This document shows, in pieces, positions 7,805 to 16,716 of a DNA stretch of 27,201 nucleotides (its first letter is position 1; every line of letters starts with the position of its first letter). Position numbers and translations under genes: made by a program. Source of the stretch: Gaiellales bacterium (GTDB taxonomy: Bacteria > Actinomycetota > Thermoleophilia > Gaiellales > JAICJC01); contig DASUHV010000245.1 in assembly GCA_036273355.1 (NCBI GenBank), forward strand, positions 1-27,201, in the 5' to 3' direction. Below the pieces are notes generated by a model. It saw nothing but the letters and a program-made list of their open reading frames with translations. It did not search any database and had not been told where the DNA came from.

Positions 7805-8788
7805 CTACCGCATGGCGAAGCGGAACAGCCTGCCATCGCGCGGGCCGTTGCTGGCCAGCCACAGCGTGGTGTTGGTGCCGCGGCCGACCGTGGGCAGGAA
7901 GTCCGCAGGAAGCGGCGTGCTGCCGAGCACGCGACCGGTTCCGGGATCGATCTGCACGATCAGGCTGTGCCGCCGCTCGGTGTTCGTGACCACCCAGATG
8001 CGGCCGCTCGCGGCCAGCGCCAGCACCGGGATGCCGTGGCCGAGCGCGATCGGCGCGCCGTCGGCGCCGCCCGCGGGGTGGACGCGCTGCAGGTAGCCGA
8101 GGTCGGCTCCCGCCGCCGAGGTCGCGGACTGGGTGACCCAGACCGATCCGGCGGCGACGACCGGCGCGCCGTTCACGGGGGTGAGCCCGGCCTTCGGTAG
8201 CCGGCTGGGTCCGACCGAGACGAGATGGCGGTGGCCGGCGGGTGAGACGACGAACAGCTTCTGGTGTGCCGCGATCCACGATCCGCCGACGCCGGGCGTT
8301 CCCGCGAGCTGCCTGGCGACGGCCGGGCGGAGCTTCGACGCGGGGACTCGCTGGACGTGGTGACCCGTGAGCTTCCAGGTGCGGCTTCCGGAGCGGATGT
8401 AGTACGACGAGCCGCGCGCCGCCAGCGTGATGCCAAGGCCGGCACGGGCGTGGATGACCGCGTGCGGGAGGCTGTGCCTCGCCGGCCCCAGCGTCGCGCG
8501 GTGCTCGACCAGGCGGATCAGTCCTCCTTCACGGGCAAGGCTCGCGACCAGCAGCGTGTGGCCGTGCTTGATGATGGCCACGGCGCCGGGCGCAGGGACG
8601 CTCCTGGCTACGACCAGGCGAAACGGCCGTGCAGACGGCGGCGTCACCGCCACGGGCGGCGGAGCGTGGCTGGAGCGGGTATCGCGCGCGATCACGACGA
8701 CCGCCACCACCGCGACCGCCAGCGCGATCACGGAGACCCACCGGCTCACCGGCCCGAACTTCTGGACAGGTCGAACGACGCTCTGCAA
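7805..8788 (-). CDS. Membrane-anchored or secreted hypothetical protein with beta-propeller-like C-terminus
   Basis: The translation MQSVVRPVQKF... reads from TTG at 8788 on the MINUS strand to TAG at 7807-7805; the supplied track labels it + in error. N-terminal TM segment, blade-like repeats (GSVWVT, GRIWVVT, QIDPGTGRVLG, LWLAS) and a GGGGGAGGG RBS. Confidence 0.7.
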   Translation of the reverse strand: MQSVVRPVQKFGPVSRWVSVIALAVAVVAVVVIARDTRSSHAPPPVAVTPPSARPFRLVVARSVPAPGAVAIIKHGHTLLVASLAREGGLIRLVEHRATLGPARHSLPHAVIHARAGLGITLAARGSSYYIRSGSRTWKLTGHHVQRVPASKLRPAVARQLAGTPGVGGSWIAAHQKLFVVSPAGHRHLVSVGPSRLPKAGLTPVNGAPVVAAGSVWVTQSATSAAGADLGYLQRVHPAGGADGAPIALGHGIPVLALAASGRIWVVTNTERRHSLIVQIDPGTGRVLGSTPLPADFLPTVGRGTNTTLWLASNGPRDGRLFRFAMR

Positions 8789-8899
8789 CCGACCCTCCCC
8801 CTCGGCAAATCCCCTGCTCAGGCACCATTATCGGGCATCTGGCGCCAGAGGGAAGCCCCCTCATGAAAACGAGCGATGACGTTGCGATAGCGTGCGGCC

Positions 8900-9715
8900 G
8901 TGAGGTACGGAATCATCCTCCCGGGCGGCACGGCGACCCAGCAGCTCGCGCAGGCTGAAGCGGCCGAGCAGGCCGGGTGGGACGGCGTGTTTGTGTGGGA
9001 AGCCGCCTACGGCGTCGATGCCTGGACGCTGCTCGCGGCGATCGCGGCGCGCACCGAGCGGGTGCGGCTGGGGACGATGCTGACGCCGTTGCCGTGGCGT
9101 CGGCCGTGGAAGGTCGCAAGCCAGGTGGTGACGCTCGACCAGATCTCGCAGGGACGTGCGGTGCTGGCGGTCGGCCTGGGAGCGGTCGCCACCGACCTGC
9201 CCGACACGGGGGAGCAGGTGGGCCTGCGTGAACGGGCCGACATGATGGACGAGGGCATCGATCTGATCCGCGCCCTGTGGGACGGCCGCGGGCACTTCCA
9301 GGGGTCGCACTACACCTACTCGTGCGACCGCGACGACCTGATCCGGGTCGGGCGGCCGGTACAGGAGCGGATCCCGATCTGGGTGGTCGGAGTGTGGCCG
9401 CGGCCGCGATCGATGCGGCGGGTGCTGCGCTGCGACGGCATCATCCCCCAGTACTCGGGCGAGGGCGGCCCGCAGGAGCTACGCCATCTGCGCGAGTGGC
9501 TGGCACAGCGCGGGACGGCGGAGACGTTCGACGTGCTTTCCGAGGGCGAGACGCCGGCCGGCGATGCCGAGCAGGCGGCTGCGATCGTGCGGCCGTGGCG
9601 GGATGCCGGTGCGACCTGGTGGATGGAGACGCGCTGGGAGATGCCGCACGACTCGGCCGGGCGGATGCGCGAGGTGGAGGAGCGGATTGCGGCCGGGCCG
9701 CCGTCGCAGTCGTAG
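8900..9715 (+). CDS. LLM-class (luciferase-like) flavin-dependent oxidoreductase
   Basis: AEQAGWDGVFVWE, DAWTLLAAIAARTERVRLGT, LDQISQGRAVLAVGLG and IPIWV. TAGCGT -10 lies 6 nt before the GTG. Confidence 0.9.
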   Translation: MRYGIILPGGTATQQLAQAEAAEQAGWDGVFVWEAAYGVDAWTLLAAIAARTERVRLGTMLTPLPWRRPWKVASQVVTLDQISQGRAVLAVGLGAVATDLPDTGEQVGLRERADMMDEGIDLIRALWDGRGHFQGSHYTYSCDRDDLIRVGRPVQERIPIWVVGVWPRPRSMRRVLRCDGIIPQYSGEGGPQELRHLREWLAQRGTAETFDVLSEGETPAGDAEQAAAIVRPWRDAGATWWMETRWEMPHDSAGRMREVEERIAAGPPSQS

Positions 9716-9768
9716 CCGCGATCTCCTTGACACAGGCCTAGTGGACGGCTAACGACTGGCGGTAGGGA

Positions 9769-11880
9769 TCACACTTGCTGCGAGATCGGCTTGACGACCT
9801 CGTCAAGCGATCCGAGCCGCTCGATCAGGATCGCCAGCAGGTCGGTGTCGACCAGCCACGTGTCGTCGTGGCTGACGATGCGCAGGTCGACGTCGTGGCC
9901 CTCGCCACGTCCGATCGCGTCCCGGTCGGGCCGCCTGGGTGGCTCGAGCTCGCTCGTGGATCGCAGCACGATGACACCGCGGGACGCGCGATCCTGATCG
10001 GTGGGTGGTGGTGGGTGGCGCAGCGAGACCCGCATCAGCGCCGATCCGTCGTCTTCGAGCAGCGGGTACGGGCCGCCGACTCCCCAGCCGACGACGGGCT
10101 TAAGCATCGTGTGCAGCCAGAGCATCTGTTGGTAGCGCTCTGCGCCGCCGCACGGCTTGACGACACTCGGGGTGAAAAGTGTCCCAAGGTCGGGCGCGGG
10201 TGATCGTCGCATGATCGCGCGCATCAGATCGGCGCACACCCGGTGTATGCCGATCTGTCGTCGACGCTCGTCGGGTGAGATCCGGCGTTGCTGCTCGATG
10301 CGGTGCCTGCCGTCCGGCGTGAGGAGCAGGTCGATCCGCCGTCGTTCGTGGTCGCGGGCGTGCTCGACGTGGGCTGCCAGATCAGTCCCCGATTCGAGAC
10401 GGATCTCGGACAGGCCGCAGCCCCGCGCTTCCACCGAGACGGTGGTGGCGCCCAGCCGTGCCAATGCGAGCCACTCGTCGTCCGCGTGCCTGGCCAGGAA
10501 CTCGACCGGCTCGCCGTCGACAATGATCGTCGCCGGCTGCCAGTCGTCGATCAGCGTCGCTTCGCGTGGGTCTTCGTAGCTCGTCAGTGAAAGGTTGTGG
10601 CGTCTCTCGACCAGCCCGTCGCGAGAGGAGCGAACCGTCACCAGACGCTGGTCGTCCTCGTCCCCAAATGTGAGGTCGAGGCCGGACGGGATGCCACCGC
10701 GGCCAGAGCTGCCACCGACGCCCGTGGCCAGCATGCCGGCCAGGCCGTACAGGTCGAACCGAAGCGCCGCGGCGACGGCGACCCAGCGAGTGAGATGAGG
10801 CATCTCCGCCGGATCCTCGGACCAATCCTCGTAGTCGGTCGCTTCGATCCAGCCCGGCGGAGCCTCCTCGGCATCACCCAGGACAAGCATGCGAAGCTCA
10901 CCGTCCGCACCTGTCCCAAACCACATCTCAGACGAAGCCAGACACTGCCAACGCTCAACTTCGCCGACACCAAACGCGACGGCGACGCACGTCCGGTCTC
11001 CGTCGGGCCAGCGGACGGCCCGTACCTCCACAGGCCACGTTACCCAGCTTCGAACCATCTCCACGGCCGGCGCCGCCCGATCAAACTCGACGGCGCCGGC
11101 CTCACGCACATCGTTCATGTACACCACGGTTACGAGGCCGTCCGCCGCCAGTGACAGCCAGGCGTTCTGACGCGCCGCGGTGATGTCCAGTTCACGATCT
11201 ATCCAGGGCTCGGAATTGCCCCACAGATCCCTCTCAAGCCACAGATGCCGGCGGTCGTTCAACACCGCCTGATACCCAGCCTCGTCAAACACGACCTCAG
11301 TCCTCACAGCAACAACCTTGGGCGCCTCCACCAGCAGCCGGACCAACCGACCACTGTTCGACAAGCCGAATGCGGCCGTGCATCCGTCCAGCCCAACCCA
11401 ACGGGCAACCTCGTCATCGGACACGCGCAGCTGATACCGCGACACCGCCAGGTCATGCTCGACGAGGGCCGAGCACGTCAGCGGCCAGCCCATCGGCACG
11501 CTGATCTCATCACCCGACGTCTCGAGCGATGCCGGAGGGTGCTCGACCACGCCCGGCTCGCACCCACGAACCCGCAGCGAATCGACCTCATTTTCCACCG
11601 AGGTCGACACGAAGCCCACTCCGGGGCCAATCGGCCATTGCCGGGCGTCGAGCCACTTTGCGGGCGAGGCCGTTCGCAACTCGAACCCATCAGCATACGG
11701 ATCCACTACAAACCCTCCCGCGGGGAAGCGCAGCACCACCTCAACCAACTCGCCGACCTCAGACACGAAAAAGAGCCTACGTGACCCCAGAGCGACGGAC
11801 ATCCAGTCGCGTCCACACCGCGTCCGAAAGTGGATGCCGTCGTCTGCCCGCCGATCTGGACGCAACAATGGGGTACGCAT
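9769..11880 (-). CDS. 703-aa hypothetical protein with an internal ~150-aa duplication
   Basis: Long ORF with strong AAGGAGGAG RBS just before the ATG at 11880. Atypical, more AT-rich codon usage. Residues 131-184 align ungapped with 281-334. No family recognised. Confidence 0.7.
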   Translation of the reverse strand: MRTPLLRPDRRADDGIHFRTRCGRDWMSVALGSRRLFFVSEVGELVEVVLRFPAGGFVVDPYADGFELRTASPAKWLDARQWPIGPGVGFVSTSVENEVDSLRVRGCEPGVVEHPPASLETSGDEISVPMGWPLTCSALVEHDLAVSRYQLRVSDDEVARWVGLDGCTAAFGLSNSGRLVRLLVEAPKVVAVRTEVVFDEAGYQAVLNDRRHLWLERDLWGNSEPWIDRELDITAARQNAWLSLAADGLVTVVYMNDVREAGAVEFDRAAPAVEMVRSWVTWPVEVRAVRWPDGDRTCVAVAFGVGEVERWQCLASSEMWFGTGADGELRMLVLGDAEEAPPGWIEATDYEDWSEDPAEMPHLTRWVAVAAALRFDLYGLAGMLATGVGGSSGRGGIPSGLDLTFGDEDDQRLVTVRSSRDGLVERRHNLSLTSYEDPREATLIDDWQPATIIVDGEPVEFLARHADDEWLALARLGATTVSVEARGCGLSEIRLESGTDLAAHVEHARDHERRRIDLLLTPDGRHRIEQQRRISPDERRRQIGIHRVCADLMRAIMRRSPAPDLGTLFTPSVVKPCGGAERYQQMLWLHTMLKPVVGWGVGGPYPLLEDDGSALMRVSLRHPPPPTDQDRASRGVIVLRSTSELEPPRRPDRDAIGRGEGHDVDLRIVSHDDTWLVDTDLLAILIERLGSLDEVVKPISQQV

Positions 11881-11901
11881 GGCTCCTCCTTGGTCTGAAG
11901 C

Positions 11902-12324
11902 TTGAAACCCGCTGGCGCTTTGCGGGAACGGCGGTGGCTGTTGCTCGGCCTGCTAGCGGTAACCGTGGTCGTGATCGCGGTGCCCGTCGCGTGGTTGCAT
12001 ACTCGGCCGACTCCGCTGCACGATTGCATGATCGGTCTCGGCCTCGGAGACAGCCGCATGGATTACGCCACGCGCTTTAGCTGCCAGCGAACCACCCAGG
12101 CCATCAACCGGGGAGGTTGGGAGGCTCGCTCGCTGCCAACCACCGCGTCCGTGAAGGGATTCCAGATCTCGTGCCGGCTCCACTACACGAAGGACGGCGA
12201 CACACTGATCGTGTACCGCCGCCACTCGGACGCCCTCGGATACGAGTTCTGCAAGAACATGGCAGCTATCGGGTGGGTCGTCGACTATCTACCGCCCTAC
12301 ACGCTGCAGAGCAGTTCAAACTGA
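11902..12324 (+). CDS. Small hypothetical exported or membrane-anchored protein
   Basis: Basic N-terminus followed by a hydrophobic stretch (WLLLGLLAVTVVVIAVPVAWL), then a domain with four cysteines. TTG start with no clear RBS, so the start is uncertain. Confidence 0.5.
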   Translation: MKPAGALRERRWLLLGLLAVTVVVIAVPVAWLHTRPTPLHDCMIGLGLGDSRMDYATRFSCQRTTQAINRGGWEARSLPTTASVKGFQISCRLHYTKDGDTLIVYRRHSDALGYEFCKNMAAIGWVVDYLPPYTLQSSSN

Positions 12325-12374
12325 TTGTTCCGGAGGCGATTCCGCTCGTCCGCTGGCTCCCGTATGGTCGATTC

Positions 12375-12893
12375 GTGAGCACCCGCCTCCGACTTCTCAC
12401 GGCGTTGGCCATCCTTCTGTTGAGTACTGCCTGCTCGCACTCTTCAGCCGCCACGCAGCCCAAGACGATCACTCCCGCCGAGAGGCAGGCCAGGTGGCAC
12501 AACATGAAGCTGGCCTTGGAGACCTATAACAATGTGGTCCAGAGCACCCGAGATGACTTCAAGTACTGCGAACTGCTCAGCGGTACAAACGCGAACCAGT
12601 GCTTCGCGACCACCCTTCAGCCCCTGCATGCCTCCCTGGTACGGGTGAATATCGCCATGCAAGCACTTGTTGAGGGGGCGACGTCGACCGGTACATGCGT
12701 CTCCTATCTGCATGAAACGATCAAGCGGGGGAACGCCGTCGCGAACGGCTACGAGAAGGTGATACAGGCACTCTCGGAAAGCGACGACGCCAAAGCCGCC
12801 GTCCTGCGACTTAGAGGTCTTGCCCAGCCGAGCAAGTGGTGGCGCCAGGATACGGCCGCGATGGCCACCACCTGTGGAACTCCCGGGAAGTAG
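12375..12893 (+). CDS. Putative lipoprotein
   Basis: From GTG at 12375: STRLRLLTALAILLLSTAC is a lipoprotein signal with lipobox. The mature part is predicted helical with four further cysteines. The stop is 5 bp from the tRNA 3' end. Confidence 0.65.
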   Translation: MSTRLRLLTALAILLLSTACSHSSAATQPKTITPAERQARWHNMKLALETYNNVVQSTRDDFKYCELLSGTNANQCFATTLQPLHASLVRVNIAMQALVEGATSTGTCVSYLHETIKRGNAVANGYEKVIQALSESDDAKAAVLRLRGLAQPSKWWRQDTAAMATTCGTPGK

Positions 12894-12898
12894 AGAGA

Positions 12899-12969
12899 AG
12901 CGGGCGAGGAGAATCGAACTCCCGTCTTGAGCTTGGAAGGCTCTTGCTCTGCCATTGAGCTACGCCCGC
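12899..12969 (-). tRNA. tRNA-Gly (anticodon TCC)
   Basis: Minus strand reads GCGGGCG TA GCTC AATGGCA GAGC A AGAGC CT-TCC-AA GCTCA AGAC GGGAG TTCGATT CTCCT CGCCCGC T, a complete cloverleaf. CCA is not encoded. TACTAT -10 at 12986-12981. Confidence 0.96.
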
Positions 12970-13048
12970 GCGGCCTGGACATAGTACCGCCGTAAGGGCG
13001 GCCGGTCCGCCCGGTCGCCGGCGGGGTGCGGGCTACCATGAGCACCCG

Positions 13049-15178
13049 ATGGAGCGCCTGATCCTGCGCAGCGCAGCGGTCTGCACGCGCCGCCCGTGGT
13101 GGGTGGTGGCGATCTGGATCGTGCTGCTGGCCGCCGCCCTGCCGTTCTCCGGCAAGGCCCAGGGCGTGCTCTCCTCCGGCGGCTTTGACGTCCCCGGCTC
13201 GCAGTCGCAGCAGGCGATCGACTACCTCAACAACCAGCCCGGCCGCGGCGCCTACTCGTTCTCGTTCCTGGTCGACGCCCCCACCGCCGCGGCCGCCCAG
13301 GCACGGGTCGCCCAGGTGCGCGCGCGGGTGGCCGCGCGCTACCCCGAGATCCACTTCACGACCGTGCCCGAGGAATCGCCTGACGGCAGCACCATCTCGT
13401 TCGTCGGCTTCGCGTCGGTCGACCAGAACCGCTCGCTCACGATCTCCCGCGACCTGAAGACCCTGGTGCAGCGCACCGACCCGCCGGTGCGCACCTTCCT
13501 GCTGGGCCCGTCCGCCAACTACGCGACCTTCCAGGACATCACCGAGCAGGGCCTGCAGCGCGCCGAGCTGCTGTCCTCGCCGGTGATCCTGATCGTGCTG
13601 CTGGTGCTGTTCGGCGCCGTCGTGGCGATGCTGGTGCCGGCCGCGCTGGGGGCGCTGTCGGTGCTGATCACCTTCGCCCTCGTCTACCTGGTCGCCTCGC
13701 ACACGGAGGTGTCGGTCTACGCGACCACGATGGTGACCATGATCGGCATCGGCGTCGCCGTGGACTACTCGATGTTCATCCTCGCCCGGTTCCGCGAGGA
13801 GCTGCTGGCCGGTGCCCCCACCGATCGGGCGGTTGCGACCGCGATGGCCACGTCTGGCACGGCCGTGGCGTTCTCAGGCATGACCGTGATCGTCTCGCTG
13901 GCCTCGATCTGGATCGTGCCCGTGCGCGCGGTGCAGTCGATGGCGCTGGCCGCGATCATGGTGGTGACCATTGCCGTGCTGGCGGCCATGACGCTGCTAC
14001 CCGCGGTGCTGATGCTGCTCGGCCCGCGCATCAACGCGCTGCGCATCCCCGGCCGCAGGGAGCGACCCGGCCGCGAGGGCTTCTGGATGCGCTGGACGCG
14101 CGGCGTCATGCGCCGTCCGCTGCTGTCCGCGCTGGGCGCCGCCACGCTGCTGATCGTGCTGTCGCTGCCCGCGTTGTCGATGGTGACCGCCAACCGGTCG
14201 CTCGAGCAGCTGCCCTCGTCCACCGATGTCAGAGTCGGCAACGCGATCCTGACCAAGCAGATCACCGGCCCCGGCCAGGGCCGCGAGGGTGCGCTCACGA
14301 TCCTGGTGCGCCCCCAGGACGCCGGCGGCTCCAGCCCGGCCGCCGTCGCCGCGGAGCTGCGCGCCCGGCTGGCCCGCGATCCCCTGGTCCAGGCCGCGAC
14401 GGTGGAGCCGGCGGGTCCCAGCCAGATCGTGGTCGGGCTGCTGCGGGTCGACCCCGAGTCCAGCAAGGCGGTCGACGTGCTCGTGCCGCGCGTGCGCTCC
14501 TGGGTCGGCGGCCGCGGGCTGGTGAGCGGCCTGTCTGCCTTCAACCACGACCTCAACACCGAGGTCGGTGACGACCTCTGGAAGGTGATGGCGCTGGTGC
14601 TGGGGCTGTCCTACCTGGTGCTGCTGATGCTGCTTCGCTCCGTGCTGCTGCCGCTGAAGGCGGTGATCATGAATCTGCTCTCGATCGGCGCCTCGTACGG
14701 GGTGATCGTGGCCGTCTTCCAGTGGGGCTGGTTCGACTGGACCGGCTACCACGCGCTGGGCCACATCAACACGCTGAACCCGGCGCTGATCCTGGCCATC
14801 ACCTTTGGCCTGGCGATGGACTACGAGGTGTTCCTGCTGTCGCGGATCCGCGAGCGCTACGAGGCCACCGGCGACAACACGCGGGCCGTCGCCGAGGGGC
14901 TTGCGTCGAGCGCCCGCACCATTACCTCGGCCGCGGCCATCATGACCATCGTGTTCGCGAGCTTCGTGCTCACCGGGGTGCCTGCGATCAAGGAGATCGG
15001 GCTGGGCCTGGCCGTCGCGATCGCCGTCGACGCCACCATCACGCGGCTGGTGCTGGTGCCGTCCACCATGCGGTTGCTCGGCCAGTGGAACTGGTGGCTG
15101 CCGGGCTGGCTCGACCGCCGCCTGCCGCACATGGCGCACGGCGCGCCGCGACGGGTCGCTTCGGAGACCGGCGACTAG
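13049..15178 (+). CDS. MMPL family (RND superfamily) transporter
   Basis: Two MMPL repeats with GIGVAVDYSMFILARFREE and FGLAMDYEVFLLSRIRE, plus DATITRLVLVPSTMRLLGQWNWWLP. Confidence 0.94.
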   Translation: MERLILRSAAVCTRRPWWVVAIWIVLLAAALPFSGKAQGVLSSGGFDVPGSQSQQAIDYLNNQPGRGAYSFSFLVDAPTAAAAQARVAQVRARVAARYPEIHFTTVPEESPDGSTISFVGFASVDQNRSLTISRDLKTLVQRTDPPVRTFLLGPSANYATFQDITEQGLQRAELLSSPVILIVLLVLFGAVVAMLVPAALGALSVLITFALVYLVASHTEVSVYATTMVTMIGIGVAVDYSMFILARFREELLAGAPTDRAVATAMATSGTAVAFSGMTVIVSLASIWIVPVRAVQSMALAAIMVVTIAVLAAMTLLPAVLMLLGPRINALRIPGRRERPGREGFWMRWTRGVMRRPLLSALGAATLLIVLSLPALSMVTANRSLEQLPSSTDVRVGNAILTKQITGPGQGREGALTILVRPQDAGGSSPAAVAAELRARLARDPLVQAATVEPAGPSQIVVGLLRVDPESSKAVDVLVPRVRSWVGGRGLVSGLSAFNHDLNTEVGDDLWKVMALVLGLSYLVLLMLLRSVLLPLKAVIMNLLSIGASYGVIVAVFQWGWFDWTGYHALGHINTLNPALILAITFGLAMDYEVFLLSRIRERYEATGDNTRAVAEGLASSARTITSAAAIMTIVFASFVLTGVPAIKEIGLGLAVAIAVDATITRLVLVPSTMRLLGQWNWWLPGWLDRRLPHMAHGAPRRVASETGD

Positions 15179-15186
15179 CGGATTGA

Positions 15187-15353
15187 AGATGGTTGATTCC
15201 ACGAGCTGCGCGGCGCCGGACTGGTCTGGCACACGCTGAACGCCGCGATCGTCCTTGCCCAGGACATGCCCAGCCTGTGCTGCGGACGCTCACGACGTTC
15301 AACCCGCGCCATTCTGCGCCCAGCATCCACGCATCCCGTGAAATCAACCATCT
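15187..15353 (-). repeat. 167-bp palindromic element with terminal inverted repeats (copy 1 of a MITE/REPIN-like family)
   Basis: AGATGGTTGATTCCACG at 15187-15203 versus CGTGAAATCAACCATCT at 15337-15353. Nearly the whole element pairs as one hairpin. Same termini as the element at 25321-25520. Confidence 0.8.
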
Positions 15354-15428
15354 GCTCCGTCCGACCCCCCTGCGATGCTTCTTTGTCCGGCCCGTAAGGT
15401 CGGCGCAGGCGGAAAGGACGGTCCTCAC

Positions 15429-16712
15429 ATGCTCTGGTTGATAGTCGGAATCGTGATCGGAATGGTTGTCGCCCTGGCGGCGCTGCGCCCGCGCCTGGCC
15501 GAGGTCGGCGTGTTGCGGCGCGAACGCGACACCTACGCGAATGAGGCGTCGCGGCTGGAGGGCCGCCTGGAGAGCGAGCGGGCGATGGCCGAGGACCGGT
15601 TCAAGGCGCTGTCGGCCGACGCGCTGAAGCAGAACAACGAGCAGTTCCTGACGCTGGCCAAGCAGGCCCTGGGCACGTATCAGAGCGAGGCCAAGGGCGA
15701 GCTCGAGAAGCGCGAGCAGGCGGTCCAGCAGCTGGTGGCGCCGATCTCGGAACAGCTCAAGCTGGTGGACACGCGTCTGGAGCGGCTCGACCGGGACCGC
15801 GTCCAGAGCTCCAGCGTGCTGCAGCAACAGCTGCGCACGATGGTCGAGTCGCAGGAGCGTCTGCGCGGCGAGACCGGAGCGCTGGTGGCGGCCCTGCGCA
15901 AGCCCCAGGCGCGTGGCCGCTGGGGGGAGATGCAGCTGCGAAACGTGGTCGAGATGGCCGGCATGGTCGGCTACTGCGACTTCGCCGAGCAGGTGACGGT
16001 CCGCGACGACGACCGCACCCTGCGCCCCGACCTGGTCGTGAACATGCCCGGCGGCAAGAAGGTGGTGGTCGACGCCAAGGCGCCGCTGCAGGCCTTCCTG
16101 GATGCCTACGACGCCACCGGTGACGTCGACCGCGACCGGCATCTGGCCGAGCACGCGCGGCTGCTGCGCGACCACGTCCGCAAGCTGTCGGCGCGCAGCT
16201 ACTGGGCGCAGTTCCCGGAGGCGCCCGACTTCGTGATCCTGTTCCTGCCCGGCGAGCACTTCTACAACGCGGCGCTCGAGGCCGACCCCACGCTGATCCA
16301 GCAGGGCGTCGAGCAGAAGGTGCTGATCGCCACGCCCACCACCCTGATCGCGCTGCTGCGCGCCGTGCACTACGGCTGGCAGCAGGAGAAGGTGGCCGAG
16401 AACGCGCGCGAGATCAGCGAGCTGGGCCGCGAGCTGCACTCGCGGCTGGGCACGGTCGCCGGCCACGTGAACGCGCTCGGCAAGCGGCTGGGCAGCGCGG
16501 TGGACGCCTACAACTCGGCGGTCGGATCGCTGGAGACGCGGGTGCTGGTCAGCGCCCGTCGCTTCACCGAGCACAGCGTGGTCGGCGAGGACAAGCAGAT
16601 CCAGATGCTGGAGCCGGTCGACCGCGTGCCGCGTTCGCCGCAGGCACCCGAGCTGGCGGCGGTCAACGACGACGAGGTGGTCGAGGCCCCGCGCACGCTG
16701 GGCGCCGCCTGA
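15429..16712 (+). CDS. rmuC: DNA recombination protein RmuC
   Basis: N-terminal TM, coiled coil, ARGRWGEMQLRNVVE, LRPDLVVNMPGGKKVVVDAKAP, YWAQF...PDFVILFLPGE and ATPTTLIALLRAV. GGAAAGGA RBS before the ATG at 15429. Confidence 0.95.
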   Translation: MLWLIVGIVIGMVVALAALRPRLAEVGVLRRERDTYANEASRLEGRLESERAMAEDRFKALSADALKQNNEQFLTLAKQALGTYQSEAKGELEKREQAVQQLVAPISEQLKLVDTRLERLDRDRVQSSSVLQQQLRTMVESQERLRGETGALVAALRKPQARGRWGEMQLRNVVEMAGMVGYCDFAEQVTVRDDDRTLRPDLVVNMPGGKKVVVDAKAPLQAFLDAYDATGDVDRDRHLAEHARLLRDHVRKLSARSYWAQFPEAPDFVILFLPGEHFYNAALEADPTLIQQGVEQKVLIATPTTLIALLRAVHYGWQQEKVAENAREISELGRELHSRLGTVAGHVNALGKRLGSAVDAYNSAVGSLETRVLVSARRFTEHSVVGEDKQIQMLEPVDRVPRSPQAPELAAVNDDEVVEAPRTLGAA

Positions 16713-16716
16713 CCGG

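Noticed and set aside
7805-8788. Strand label + given by the ORF track for the 327-aa MQSVVRPVQKF... protein
   Set aside because: The plus strand at 7805 reads CTA CCG CAT (LPH...). The listed translation comes from TTG at 8788 on the minus strand, so I annotated it as minus.
9716-9768. Search for an attL/attR duplicate of the tRNA-Gly 3' end, and TTGACA at 9727-9732
   Set aside because: No recognisable tRNA fragment repeat is present. The TTGACA is followed at 17 bp by TAACGA, which lacks the conserved final T, so a promoter is not supported.
15193-15441. Short ORFs starting MIPR at 15193 and 25326, and RGINHL in opposite frames
   Set aside because: The shared peptide is only the translation of the shared terminal repeat. 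There is no RBS or coding bias, so I treated these as non-coding.
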